This document shows positions 9,192-18,188 of a DNA stretch of 64,000 bases, one piece after another; the stretch's first letter is position 1; each line of letters begins with the position of its first letter. The DNA is from Acidimicrobiia bacterium (lineage in GTDB: Bacteria > Actinomycetota > Acidimicrobiia > Spongiisociales > ZC4RG35), in contig JBGTCK010000038.1 of the NCBI GenBank assembly GCA_041748855.1, positions 14,514-78,513 of the forward strand. Direction: 5' to 3'. The notes below the pieces were generated by a model. The model saw only the letters and a program-made list of their open reading frames with translations, was not told where the DNA came from and did no database searches. A program made the translations under genes and the position numbers.

Positions 9192-9273
9192 CGGCGCAAC
9201 GCTAACGCCCGCACCTGTCGCGCTCCGGCACCGGGTTGAACATTGCCGGTGCGATCTGGTTTACCCTTGCGGG

Positions 9274-10188
9274 ATGCAACAGGCAACCTACATCTGGGAT
9301 GACGGCGAAATGGTCCCCTGGGCCGACGCCACCGTCCACTTCTTATCGCACGCGCTCCACTACGGAACCGCCGTCTTCGAGGGCATTCGCTCTTATGAGA
9401 CAGTCGACGGTGCAGCAGTATTCCGCCTGTTCGATCACATGGTTCGCCTCGAAGCGTCGGCCCGCGCCTACGGGATCCCGCTGCAGTACTCCGTCGATGA
9501 CCTCAACAAGACCGCAATCGAGTTGCTCCGGGTCAACGAGCTCAAAGGTGCCTACATCCGCCCGCTCGTCTTCCACGAACTGGGCGAATTCGGCCTCAAC
9601 CCGGCCGGCAGCAAGGTGAAGACGATGATGGCTGCCTTCGCGCTCGGCAGCTATCTCGGCGATGACGGTGTTGCCAACGGGATTCGCGGCAAGGTCTCAT
9701 CGTGGCGGCGGATCTCACACGAGGATTTCATTCCGACAGCTAAAGGCTCGGGTGGCTACTTGAACTCATCGTTGGCCAAGTCCGAAGCGGTCCGATCCGG
9801 ATACGACGAGGCGATCATGCTCAACCAGTCCGGGTCGATCTCGGAGGGAAGCGGGATGAACCTCTTTATCGTCTCCGAAGGCATTGTCTACACCCCACCC
9901 GTCTCCGCAGGCATTCTCAAAGGCATCACGCGAGACTCGGTGATCGAGATCCTTCGCGACCGTGGCTACGAGGTGCGGGAGGAGGAGCTGGCGCGGGGGT
10001 CGATGTATGTGGCCGATGAGATCTTCCTCACCGGCACCGCCGCCGAGGTGACCCCGATGGTCGAGATCGACGACCGCACCATCGGCTCCGGTTCTCCCGG
10101 TCCGATCACAAAGGAAGCCCAGAGCCTGTTCTCTAAAGCCGTACGCGGCGAACTCGAGGAATACACCAAATGGCTGGAAGTCTTCTGA
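9274..10188 (+). CDS. ilvE: branched-chain amino acid aminotransferase
   Basis: YIWDDGEMVPWADATVHFLSHALHYGTAVFEGIR..., a class IV aminotransferase. The ATG at 9274 is in frame with the 8863 ORF, whose N-terminal extension runs antisense through pgpA. Confidence 0.9.
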   Translation: MQQATYIWDDGEMVPWADATVHFLSHALHYGTAVFEGIRSYETVDGAAVFRLFDHMVRLEASARAYGIPLQYSVDDLNKTAIELLRVNELKGAYIRPLVFHELGEFGLNPAGSKVKTMMAAFALGSYLGDDGVANGIRGKVSSWRRISHEDFIPTAKGSGGYLNSSLAKSEAVRSGYDEAIMLNQSGSISEGSGMNLFIVSEGIVYTPPVSAGILKGITRDSVIEILRDRGYEVREEELARGSMYVADEIFLTGTAAEVTPMVEIDDRTIGSGSPGPITKEAQSLFSKAVRGELEEYTKWLEVF

Positions 10189-10204
10189 TCGTGCGCTTTA
10201 AATA

Positions 10205-10681
10205 GTGGGCCAACAACCCAACCTCGAGCTCTCCGAGTCGGACCTGCCCAGGGCGAGACTCCAGCCGGGCCCCGCTCGCCGCTGGCGTCCGATCAAACCG
10301 GGCCTGGTCACCGCTCCGGAGGAGAATCCGACCGGTGATATGTTCGGCCACATCGGGCCTGACCATGGATATGCGCTGCGATTGATCAGTGGCTTTGAGT
10401 TACCGGATGACGACCCTGACCTGAGGGCGGTGGTCGCAGGCCTGACCCAGGCCCGCGCCGCGCTGTTGGGCCGGGCGCCGATCAACGAGGACATCGAGGT
10501 CGCCTTGATAGTCTGCGGATACTGGCTGGAGAGCCCGAAGTCGCTCATGGAGAGACGCGACCGTTGGCTGGCCGCATCTCCCCACGACCGGAGACCGGGG
10601 CAGACCGCAGTCGCCGAGGTCGACGATGCCGATTTGATCTTGAAACCAGATCAGCTGCGTGCGGTGCTCCGGCGCACCTGA
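10205..10681 (+). CDS. hypothetical protein
   Basis: 158-aa ORF in the gap between ilvE and the FAH gene, on the same strand as its neighbours. I recognise no family. Confidence 0.5.
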   Translation: MGQQPNLELSESDLPRARLQPGPARRWRPIKPGLVTAPEENPTGDMFGHIGPDHGYALRLISGFELPDDDPDLRAVVAGLTQARAALLGRAPINEDIEVALIVCGYWLESPKSLMERRDRWLAASPHDRRPGQTAVAEVDDADLILKPDQLRAVLRRT

Positions 10682-10720
10682 GCTGTCGGCAGTTCCACCG
10701 GACAACTACCGTCGGGTCCT

Positions 10721-11482
10721 ATGAAAATCGTTCGTATCAAGGCAGGCGATGACATCGCCTATGGAATCGCCGACACCGAGGGGGTCGAGATCTACCGCGG
10801 ATCGCCTTTTGTCGCATGGGAACCAACGGAGTCGGTGGTCCCCTGGGCCAATGTCCAGCTCTTGGCACCGGTCATCCCGACCAAGGTGATATGCGTCGGC
10901 AAGAATTATGAAGACCATGCTGCTGAGATGGGGACCCCGGCCCCGGAAGAGCCACTGCTCTTCATGAAGCCGGCTACTTCGGTGACCGGTCCCGACGCCT
11001 CGGTGGTCTATCCGCCGATAACCGGCGAACTGCACCATGAGGCAGAGCTGGCGGTGGTCATCTCCAAGGTCGCCCGCCATGTCAAGGCCGAGGACGCAGG
11101 AAGCTTCATCCTCGGCTACACCGCAGCCAACGATGTCACAGCACGAGACCTGCAGCGATCGGACGGCCAGTGGACCCGTGCCAAGGGTTTCGACACCTTC
11201 TGCCCGCTGGGCCCGGCGATCGAGACCGAGCTCGACCCCCTGGAGCGCCTTGCCGTCATCTGCAGAGTCAACGGGGAGGTCCGTCAGGCCGGCTTCACAT
11301 CGGACATGATTTTCGGAGTCGGCGCGATTATCGAACACGTCACCGAGGTGATGACCCTCCTGCCCGGAGATGTGATCCTCACCGGGACACCGTCAGGCGT
11401 CTCGGCCGTTGATGTGGGCGACGTGATGGAAATCGAGATCGATGGGATCGGAACCCTCAGCAACCGGGTGGTGAAGCGATGA
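10721..11482 (+). CDS. fumarylacetoacetate hydrolase (FAH) family protein
   Basis: [17 protein letters not shown]..., GTPSGV and a 253-aa FAH fold. The position just upstream of gltX matches the mycobacterial arrangement as I remember it. Its stop overlaps the gltX start. Confidence 0.85.
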   Translation: MKIVRIKAGDDIAYGIADTEGVEIYRGSPFVAWEPTESVVPWANVQLLAPVIPTKVICVGKNYEDHAAEMGTPAPEEPLLFMKPATSVTGPDASVVYPPITGELHHEAELAVVISKVARHVKAEDAGSFILGYTAANDVTARDLQRSDGQWTRAKGFDTFCPLGPAIETELDPLERLAVICRVNGEVRQAGFTSDMIFGVGAIIEHVTEVMTLLPGDVILTGTPSGVSAVDVGDVMEIEIDGIGTLSNRVVKR

Positions 11483-12903
11483 CGGTCCGGGTCAGGATCG
11501 CTCCTTCTCCCACCGGCAATCTCCATATCGGCACGGCGAGAGCCGCCCTCTTCAACTGGCTGTATGCCCGGGCCAACGACGGAGTCTTCATAGTCCGCAG
11601 CGATGACACCGACACCGAGCGCTCAACGGTCGAGTACGAAGAGGGGATTCTCGAGTCGCTCCGCTGGCTCGGCCTCGACTGGGACGAGGGCGTTTCGGTT
11701 GGCGGACCCCACGGCTCGTATCGCCAGTCGGACCGCTACGAGCGCTACCGGGAAGTTGCTGCGCAGCTGATCGAGTCGGGGGCTGCCTATTACGACCAGC
11801 GGCCGGCAGACGATCTGGAGTCTCTGCGCCAGCAAGCCCAGAAAGAGGGCAAGCACCCCGGCCACTACATTCGTCGCCCCGATGAGGAGTACGGCAGCGG
11901 GGTCATCCGAATGTCGATACCTCAGGACGCACCGATTGTCTTCGATGACATGATCCGGGATTCGGTCAGTTTCGAGCCCAGAGATGTGGACGACTTCGTC
12001 ATTCTTCGCACCGACGGAATCCCCACCTACCACCTGGCATCGACGGTCGACGACGTCGACTACGGCATCACCCACGTCGCCAGGGGTGAGGACCTTCTCC
12101 CGTCGACGCCAAAACACATCGTGATCGCACGGGCCATGGGTGCCGGTGAACCGGTGTACGCCCACCTGCCGCTTCTCTTCGGGACCGACGGCAAGAAGCT
12201 GTCAAAACGCCACGATGCGTCGTCGCTGACCGACTTTCGGGACGCTGGCTACCTGCCTGACGCCGTTTTCAACTATCTCTGTCTGCTCGGGTGGTCGGTA
12301 GACGGTGAGACGACGATCTTTTCCCGCGCTGAGGCGGTGGCAGCGTTCGATCTCGCTGACGTCTCCAAGAACCCGGCAACCTTCGATCCGGACAAGCTGG
12401 AGTGGATGAACGGGGAGTACATAAGGGCGATGGACCCGGCTCAATTCAACGAGCTGGTGGTTCCGTTCGTCGAGGAAGCCGTGGGCCGTGAGCTCGAAGA
12501 GGCCGAACTCTCCCGTTTCGAGGAGATCTCGCCCCTGGTCCAGGAGCGGACCAAGCTTTTGCCCGAGGCAGGGGAGCAGGTGACTTTCCTCTTCACAGAC
12601 ATCGATGAATACGACGAGAAGTCTTGGGACAAGGTCATGACCAAGGACGGCGTCGCCGATGTCCTCGCTGCGGCGTCACGACGTCTCGGAAGTCTCGAGA
12701 CCTTTTCAGCCGGGGCGATCGAGGAGGATCTGCGGGCCATGCTCGCCGAAATGGAGATAGGCGTGGGCAAGGGCCTGCAGCCGATGCGGGTGGCCGTAAC
12801 CGGTTCTTCGGTCAGCCCGCCTCTGTTCGAGTCGATGGCGGTGCTGGGCCAGGACAAGACGGTCGCAAGGTTGGACGCGGCGCACTCACGTCTCACTGGT
12901 TGA
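11479..12903 (+). CDS. gltX: glutamate--tRNA ligase
   Basis: [23 protein letters not shown] (HIGH region) and KLSKRH (KMSKS). Confidence 0.95.
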   Translation: MTVRVRIAPSPTGNLHIGTARAALFNWLYARANDGVFIVRSDDTDTERSTVEYEEGILESLRWLGLDWDEGVSVGGPHGSYRQSDRYERYREVAAQLIESGAAYYDQRPADDLESLRQQAQKEGKHPGHYIRRPDEEYGSGVIRMSIPQDAPIVFDDMIRDSVSFEPRDVDDFVILRTDGIPTYHLASTVDDVDYGITHVARGEDLLPSTPKHIVIARAMGAGEPVYAHLPLLFGTDGKKLSKRHDASSLTDFRDAGYLPDAVFNYLCLLGWSVDGETTIFSRAEAVAAFDLADVSKNPATFDPDKLEWMNGEYIRAMDPAQFNELVVPFVEEAVGRELEEAELSRFEEISPLVQERTKLLPEAGEQVTFLFTDIDEYDEKSWDKVMTKDGVADVLAAASRRLGSLETFSAGAIEEDLRAMLAEMEIGVGKGLQPMRVAVTGSSVSPPLFESMAVLGQDKTVARLDAAHSRLTG

Positions 12904-12980
12904 CCCGCGCCCTGTTCGCCTGCCGGAGAGTTGGGCTGGTATTCGGTGGGGCTGTATCCTGATAGCTTCTTCACCCCTTT

Positions 12981-13053
12981 GGTCCCGTCGTCCAGAGGCC
13001 TAGGACGCCGGCCTTTCAAGCCGGAAACGCCGGTTCGAATCCGGTCGGGACTG
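12981..13053 (+). tRNA. tRNA-Glu (anticodon UUC)
   Basis: Cloverleaf read by eye. The acceptor stem is GGTCCCG/CGGGACT. The anticodon stem is CCGGC/GCCGG with loop CTTTCAA. The T-arm is GGTTCGAATCC. No CCA is encoded. It lies directly downstream of gltX. Confidence 0.85.
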
Positions 13054-13107
13054 CAACCGGGCTGACATGCTGTCGGCCTTCTGCATTTGGACAGTCGAGG
13101 GTCAGGT

Positions 13108-13641
13108 ATGTCAGCACAATCGGTCGATCTCTACAACACGTTCCTGGCGACGCTCGCCCTGATCTCGCTGGCCGGCGCGCTCGGCCTCGTGGTCTACCGG
13201 GTGGCCAAAGGGAAAGAGGCTGCGCTCTCGTTGCTTGGAGACTCTGCATTGTGGTTGGCGTGGCTGGTAGCCGCGGTGGCAACTGGCGGCTCGTTGATCT
13301 ATTCAGGGTGGATTCACTTCCTCCCATGTCGGCTCTGCTGGTACCAGCGGATCGCGATGTATCCGCTTTCGGTCATCCTCCTCGTCGGTGCGCTTCGCAA
13401 GGAGCTGGTGGTTCGCTACTACGCACTCCCCCTCTCGCTGGCCGGCGCTCTTACTTCGGTCTGGCACTACCTGCTCCAGCTGAACCCGTCGCTGGAGGGG
13501 GGATCGTGTGACCCGAATAATCCATGCTCGCTCAAGTATGTGGACGTCTTCGGCTTCGTGTCGATCCCATTTATGGCGGGATCCGGGTTTATCCTCATCT
13601 CTGTATTGCTTGCCTTCTACATGAGAACTGAACGTGAATAA
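13108..13641 (+). CDS. disulfide bond formation protein, DsbB/BdbC family
   Basis: 4-TM protein with PCRLCWYQR, the BdbC-type CxxC. The ATG at 13108 is in frame with the ORF-track start at 13087. Confidence 0.8.
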   Translation: MSAQSVDLYNTFLATLALISLAGALGLVVYRVAKGKEAALSLLGDSALWLAWLVAAVATGGSLIYSGWIHFLPCRLCWYQRIAMYPLSVILLVGALRKELVVRYYALPLSLAGALTSVWHYLLQLNPSLEGGSCDPNNPCSLKYVDVFGFVSIPFMAGSGFILISVLLAFYMRTERE

Positions 13642-14245
13642 GAAACTTCTTGGAATCATCGGCGGGGTCGTCGGCCTCGCCCTAATCGTCCTTCTGGCAG
13701 TGGCTATTGCCGGCGAAGAGGAGGCTGACGCCTCGATCGGATTTGGCGATCCGGTAGTCACCGGCGACCCGCTCCCCGTCTACAACAGTGGTTCACCCAC
13801 CGACCCGGTGGTCGGTTTGCCCGCTCCCGAAACCGTCGGTGCGGACTGGGAGGAGAACGAGGTGAGGATCGAAGCGGACGGGCGCCCGAAGCTGGTCCTC
13901 TTCCTCGCCCACTGGTGCCCCCACTGTCAGGCTGAAGTCCCGGTCGTCCAGGACTGGCTGGATGCCGGGAACCTGCCCGACGATGTCGATATCTACTCGA
14001 TAGCCACACAGACCGACCGTCTCCGCCCCAACTGGCCGCCCCAGGATTGGCTGGAAGACGAAGGCTGGACCGTGCCGGTGATCATGGACGATCAGATCGG
14101 GACTGTAGGCGCTTCTTATGGCACCGCGGGGACCCCGTTCTACGTGGTTCTCGACGGTGACAACAACGTGGTCCGCCGGGTCTCCGGCGAGATCGGCACC
14201 GCTGGTCTAGACATCCTGGTCGCCGAAGCTCAAGCCGCGGGGTAA
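13634..14245 (+). CDS. membrane-anchored thioredoxin-like thiol-disulfide oxidoreductase (TlpA/ResA-like)
   Basis: N-terminal TM helix and an AHWCPHCQ active site. The GTG start overlaps the DsbB-like gene by 8 nt. Confidence 0.8.
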   Translation: MNKKLLGIIGGVVGLALIVLLAVAIAGEEEADASIGFGDPVVTGDPLPVYNSGSPTDPVVGLPAPETVGADWEENEVRIEADGRPKLVLFLAHWCPHCQAEVPVVQDWLDAGNLPDDVDIYSIATQTDRLRPNWPPQDWLEDEGWTVPVIMDDQIGTVGASYGTAGTPFYVVLDGDNNVVRRVSGEIGTAGLDILVAEAQAAG

Positions 14246-14465
14246 CAGTCCCCCGGAGCACCTCGACACGCGTCTCTCCCTCCGCTTGCGGTGGGAGTAC
14301 CTTCGACCTCTGAGGTCGAAGGGGAGGGTGGGGCGTTCCCGCCAACGGAGCTTGCTGCGCGACTGCTCTCAACTAGTGGAGTTCTCAGTCCCCCTTACCT
14401 CTCGGCCCTTTCGGGCCGACAGGGACCTTTCCCCCATTCGACTTCGTCTCTGGGGGAGCAGCCGC
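14246..14465 (+). repeat. mosaic hairpin-rich intergenic repeat, copy 2 (+ orientation)
   Basis: Same ordered blocks as copy 1. It fills the whole gap between convergent genes (stops at 14245 and 14475). Confidence 0.85.
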
Positions 14466-14474
14466 TTCAGAGAA

Positions 14475-14915
14475 CTAGTTCTCTAAAGCTCGGATCTTTT
14501 CCAGGCGTCTCACGTGGCGGTCTTCTCTGGAGAATTTGGCCTGGAGGAAGGCGTTGATCAGCTCCATGGCCACTTCCGATCCGATGACACGTGCTCCGAG
14601 GCAAAGGACGTTGACGTCGTCGTGTTCCACCATCTGACGGGCCGTGTAAGTGTCGTGGGCGACGGAGGCCCTGATCCCGTTGAGCTTGTTGGCGGCCACG
14701 GCCGCGCCCGCGCCTGATCCGCAGATGATGATGCCTCGATCGGCCCGGCCGTCGAGGACTGCGGAGGAGACTGCAGCCGCATAGTCCGGGTAGTCGACGG
14801 GGTCGGTGTTGTGGGTCCCCAGGTCGTAGACGGCGTGGCCCGACTCGGCGAGCCAGGAAGCGAGTTGGTCTTTGAGCGTGTAGCCGGCGTGGTCGGAGCC
14901 AAGTGCAATTCTCAT
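14475..14915 (-). CDS. rpiB: ribose-5-phosphate isomerase B
   Basis: [15 protein letters not shown]...ICGSGAG...; a 146-aa RpiB/LacAB family protein. Confidence 0.92.
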   Translation of the reverse strand: MRIALGSDHAGYTLKDQLASWLAESGHAVYDLGTHNTDPVDYPDYAAAVSSAVLDGRADRGIIICGSGAGAAVAANKLNGIRASVAHDTYTARQMVEHDDVNVLCLGARVIGSEVAMELINAFLQAKFSREDRHVRRLEKIRALEN

Positions 14916-14998
14916 ACGGGCGGCAGGGTAGCCAGGCCGCTTGACCCAAACCGGTAGTCGACCGGGTTTTGCCGTGCTGACGGGCTATCTTCGGCTTG

Positions 14999-16252
14999 AT
15001 GTCACACCTCGTGATCAAAGGCGGCGCAAGGCTCAAGGGGACAGTCGGCGTCCTCGGAGCGAAGAACGCAGTCCTCAAGGAGATGGTTGCCTGCCTCCTC
15101 GCCCCCGGCCGCCACCGGCTCACCAATGTGCCCCGGATCCTCGATGTCGATCTCATGTGCCGGGTGCTCACTCACACCGGGTGCAACGTCACCCAGGAGG
15201 GCCACGAGCTGTTTGTGGTGGTCCCCGAAGATCTCAATCCGGAGGCGCCTATCGACCTGGTTCGACAGATGCGGGCGTCGATCGTCGTCCTCGGCCCGCT
15301 CCTCGCCCGCTGCGGTCTCGCCCGGGTGGCCTTGCCCGGCGGTGACGATCTCGGCGCCCGCCCGATCGACATGCACACCGGCGGTCTGGAGCAGATGGGG
15401 GCGGAGTTCGAGCTGGTTCACGGAGAGCTCGTGGCCCGGATCGACGGAAGGTTGAAGGGGACCGAGATCGAACTTCAGTTCCCATCCGTCGGGGCCACCG
15501 AGAACATGATCTTCGCGGGTGTCCTGGCGGAGGGTGAGACGGTGATCGTGAACGCTGCCAGGGAACCCGAGATCCTCGACCTCATCACCCAGCTGAAGGC
15601 AATGGGCGCCAAGATCGACGGCGGCGGGACATCGTTGGTCACCGTGACCGGTGTCGACTTCTTGGCGCCAGCCGATCACACCGTTATTCCCGACCGGCTC
15701 GAGGCTGGTACCTACGCCCTAGCCGGGGCGATCACCGCGGGAGACGTCACCATCACCGGATGTCAGCCGGAGAATCTGCGGATGGAGCTGAGGAAACTCG
15801 AAGACACCGGCGCCACCGTGGAACAAGGGGAAGGATGGCTGCGTGTTGTCGGGCCGGAGCGGCCGAAGGCCGTCGATCTCGCCACCCTTCCGTTCCCTGG
15901 TTTTCATACCGACATGCACCCCCAGATGGTGGCGTACCTGGCGATCGCAGACGGCACATCGGTAGTCACCGAGAACCTCTACGACGCCAGATTCAGATAT
16001 GTCGGCGAACTGGCGCGGATGGGGGCAGATATCGTCACCGAAGCGCAGCATGCTGTGATTCGCGGTGTTGAACGCCTCTCCGGCTGTCCGGTCCTCGCAC
16101 CCGATATCAGGGCCGGTGCCGCGCTCGCACTCGCGGGACTCAGGGCGGAGGGGACAACCGAGGTCGGTGACATCGCCCACATCGAACGCGGGTATGAGGG
16201 CTTTGCCGATCGGCTCACGGCGCTCGGCGCCTCCGTGGTGCGCCACGACTGA
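14999..16252 (+). CDS. murA: UDP-N-acetylglucosamine 1-carboxyvinyltransferase
   Basis: IKGGARLKGTVGVLGAKNAVLK..., an EPSP/MurA fold of ~417 aa. The ATG lies one codon after the TTG at 14996. Confidence 0.92.
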   Translation: MSHLVIKGGARLKGTVGVLGAKNAVLKEMVACLLAPGRHRLTNVPRILDVDLMCRVLTHTGCNVTQEGHELFVVVPEDLNPEAPIDLVRQMRASIVVLGPLLARCGLARVALPGGDDLGARPIDMHTGGLEQMGAEFELVHGELVARIDGRLKGTEIELQFPSVGATENMIFAGVLAEGETVIVNAAREPEILDLITQLKAMGAKIDGGGTSLVTVTGVDFLAPADHTVIPDRLEAGTYALAGAITAGDVTITGCQPENLRMELRKLEDTGATVEQGEGWLRVVGPERPKAVDLATLPFPGFHTDMHPQMVAYLAIADGTSVVTENLYDARFRYVGELARMGADIVTEAQHAVIRGVERLSGCPVLAPDIRAGAALALAGLRAEGTTEVGDIAHIERGYEGFADRLTALGASVVRHD

Positions 16253-16294
16253 CCAAGCTATGCCGTTAAGGCCCACAGCATCTAACCTGAGCCT

Positions 16295-16942
16295 ATGAAA
16301 TCACGCCTTTCTCTTGTTTTCGCCGTCTGTCTGGTTGTCGCCGCCTGTGGTGGCGACAGTTCGGAGACCACGACCACGCTTGCTGCCGAGGAAACCACCA
16401 CGTCCTCAGCAGGGGAGACCACCACGACCGTGGAAACCACGACCACAGCAGCTGATACCACCACCACGGCAGCCGCCACCGGCGGGGACGATTGCCTGGT
16501 TGGCTCCTGGGTCCTCGATGATCAGGCCTTCTTCGACCAGGTTTTCGACGAGATCGACGATGAATCGACCAGTCTTGGTGAGGTGACGTCGGTCAGCGGG
16601 GAATTCATTACCACTTTCAATTCCAACGGTTCGATCGAGGCAGTTCGTGACGATTGGGGCTTCTCCGTCGCAACGGAGGAAGGCACGTTCAATATCGTGA
16701 TCAACGGCACCCAGACCGGGAGCTGGGAGACCGACGGCACAACGCTCCTCCTGACCCTCGACGAGGGCGACACCTTCGATGTCCGGGCGTCGGTTGTCGT
16801 CGAAGGGGAGGAAATCACCCTTCCCTCCGCACCGATGGAGGTGCCCTCCGAGGCCCTGGCGTCGTCGAGTGAGTTCAGCTGCAGCGGCGACGAACTGTCG
16901 GTTACCAGCGAAGGCATAACCTCTGAGTTCGATCGCACCTGA
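16295..16942 (+). CDS. secreted lipoprotein, unknown function
   Basis: Signal peptide with lipobox VVAACGG, followed by a Thr-rich (ETTTT) linker. Confidence 0.65.
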   Translation: MKSRLSLVFAVCLVVAACGGDSSETTTTLAAEETTTSSAGETTTTVETTTTAADTTTTAAATGGDDCLVGSWVLDDQAFFDQVFDEIDDESTSLGEVTSVSGEFITTFNSNGSIEAVRDDWGFSVATEEGTFNIVINGTQTGSWETDGTTLLLTLDEGDTFDVRASVVVEGEEITLPSAPMEVPSEALASSSEFSCSGDELSVTSEGITSEFDRT

Positions 16943-17002
16943 GGGCACTGGTGAACCTGGAATCGGGAACACAAACTACGCAAAGGCTGTTTCAGGTAGA
17001 GC

Positions 17003-17344
17003 ATGAGTGACGCAACGCCAGTGACTATTTCGAGTTCAGCCCCGCACGGGGGCGACATCGACATGGCCAAGCTCGAGGAGACCCTCGAGTACATCCGGCC
17101 GGCCGTTCAAGCCGACGGAGGCGACCTGGTGCTTCTCGGTGCTGAAGACGGCAAAGTGAGCATCCAGATGGTGGGTGCCTGTGGGGGCTGTCCGCTCTCG
17201 ATGATGACCCTCAAAGCAGGCATAGAACGGATCCTGATGGACCGGGTCCCCGGCGTAACCGAGGTGACCGCAGTTGCCGACGCCCCCGAAGCCGACAACG
17301 ACGGTGGCTCCGGCATCGACATCTCCGGAATCCTCGGGTCCTAG
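17003..17344 (+). CDS. NifU-like (Nfu-type) Fe-S cluster scaffold/carrier domain protein
   Basis: LEYIRPAVQADGGDLVLL...GACGGCPLSMMTLK is the Nfu C-terminal domain signature. Confidence 0.8.
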   Translation: MSDATPVTISSSAPHGGDIDMAKLEETLEYIRPAVQADGGDLVLLGAEDGKVSIQMVGACGGCPLSMMTLKAGIERILMDRVPGVTEVTAVADAPEADNDGGSGIDISGILGS

Positions 17345-17471
17345 AAACCGTTCCTGAGGTTCTGCGTATCAAATCTGATCGCAGGGCGATCGAGAATGGC
17401 CGATTCTGTTCCTCCAGGCTCTCACAGGTGATAGCCACAGCCTTAGGGACGCGTCTCTTAGTCTTATTGGC

Positions 17472-18188
17472 GTGATCGATCCCAAGCTTCTCGACGCGGC
17501 CCGTGACGGTGACCGGCGGGCCCTGGCCCGGGCCATCAGCGGCATCGAGACTTCACCCGACGGACCGGAGATCAAACGCGACCTGTCCGTGCCGATCGTC
17601 GGGATCACCGGGCCACCCGGAGTGGGTAAATCGACCCTGGCCAACGCTCTGATCAAGACGCTGCGCGCTGACTCGAGACGGGTCGGAGTTGTTGCGGTCG
17701 ACCCTTCGAGTCCGATCACGGGCGGAGCGCTGCTCGGTGACCGGATCAGGATGCAGGACCATATCGGGGATGAGGGGGTCTTTGTCCGCTCCATGGCGAC
17801 GCGGGGCAGGCTGGGCGGCCTGTCTGCGGCAACCCGCCGGGCGGCGAGTCTGATGACCACGTCCGATTTCGACATCGTGCTGGTGGAGACGGTTGGTGTC
17901 GGCCAGTCGGAGGTCGAAGTCATGGACGTTGCCGACCTGGTGGTGCTGGTGCTCGCTCCGGGATGGGGAGATCAAATCCAGGCAGACAAGGCCGGTATCA
18001 TCGAAATCGCCGACCTGTTCGTGATCAACAAGGCCGACCGCGAGGAGGTGGCGCCGTTGCGCCGGGCTCTGCACGAGATTGCCGGGAATACCGAACGGGA
18101 GCGCCCCATCGTCGAAACCGTCGCCACCACCGGCGAAGGCGTCGACGCGCTCCTCGCTACGATCGACAGTCTTGTGGCCGGCAGCTAG
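17472..18188 (+). CDS. MeaB/ArgK-like G3E-family GTPase (short form)
   Basis: GPPGVGKST (P-loop), ETVGVGQSE and INKADR. At 238 aa it lacks the C-terminal extension of typical ~320-aa MeaB. GTG start. Confidence 0.75.
   Translation: MIDPKLLDAARDGDRRALARAISGIETSPDGPEIKRDLSVPIVGITGPPGVGKSTLANALIKTLRADSRRVGVVAVDPSSPITGGALLGDRIRMQDHIGDEGVFVRSMATRGRLGGLSAATRRAASLMTTSDFDIVLVETVGVGQSEVEVMDVADLVVLVLAPGWGDQIQADKAGIIEIADLFVINKADREEVAPLRRALHEIAGNTERERPIVETVATTGEGVDALLATIDSLVAGS

Noticed and set aside
8863-9273. N-terminal extensions offered by the ORF track: ilvE from 8863, the methyltransferase from 4328, the NmrA-like gene to 27976, menA to 24162, and the HhH protein to 50998.
   Set aside because: The extensions overlap neighbouring well-supported genes and are Arg/Pro-rich. 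The family-typical N-termini begin at internal start codons that sit right after, or overlap, the upstream stop.
12904-12980. A second tRNA (for example tRNA-Gln) between gltX and tRNA-Glu, as occurs in some actinobacteria.
   Set aside because: I could not fold a cloverleaf or find a GTTCGAATC-type T-loop in this 77-nt stretch.
16355-16480. Thr-rich tandem codon repeats (ETTTT-type) in the lipoprotein genes at 16295 and 38650, as possible contingency or variable-number repeats.
   Set aside because: They are imperfect at the nucleotide level and sit right after the lipobox. This is typical of flexible low-complexity linkers of actinobacterial lipoproteins rather than slippage-prone perfect repeats.
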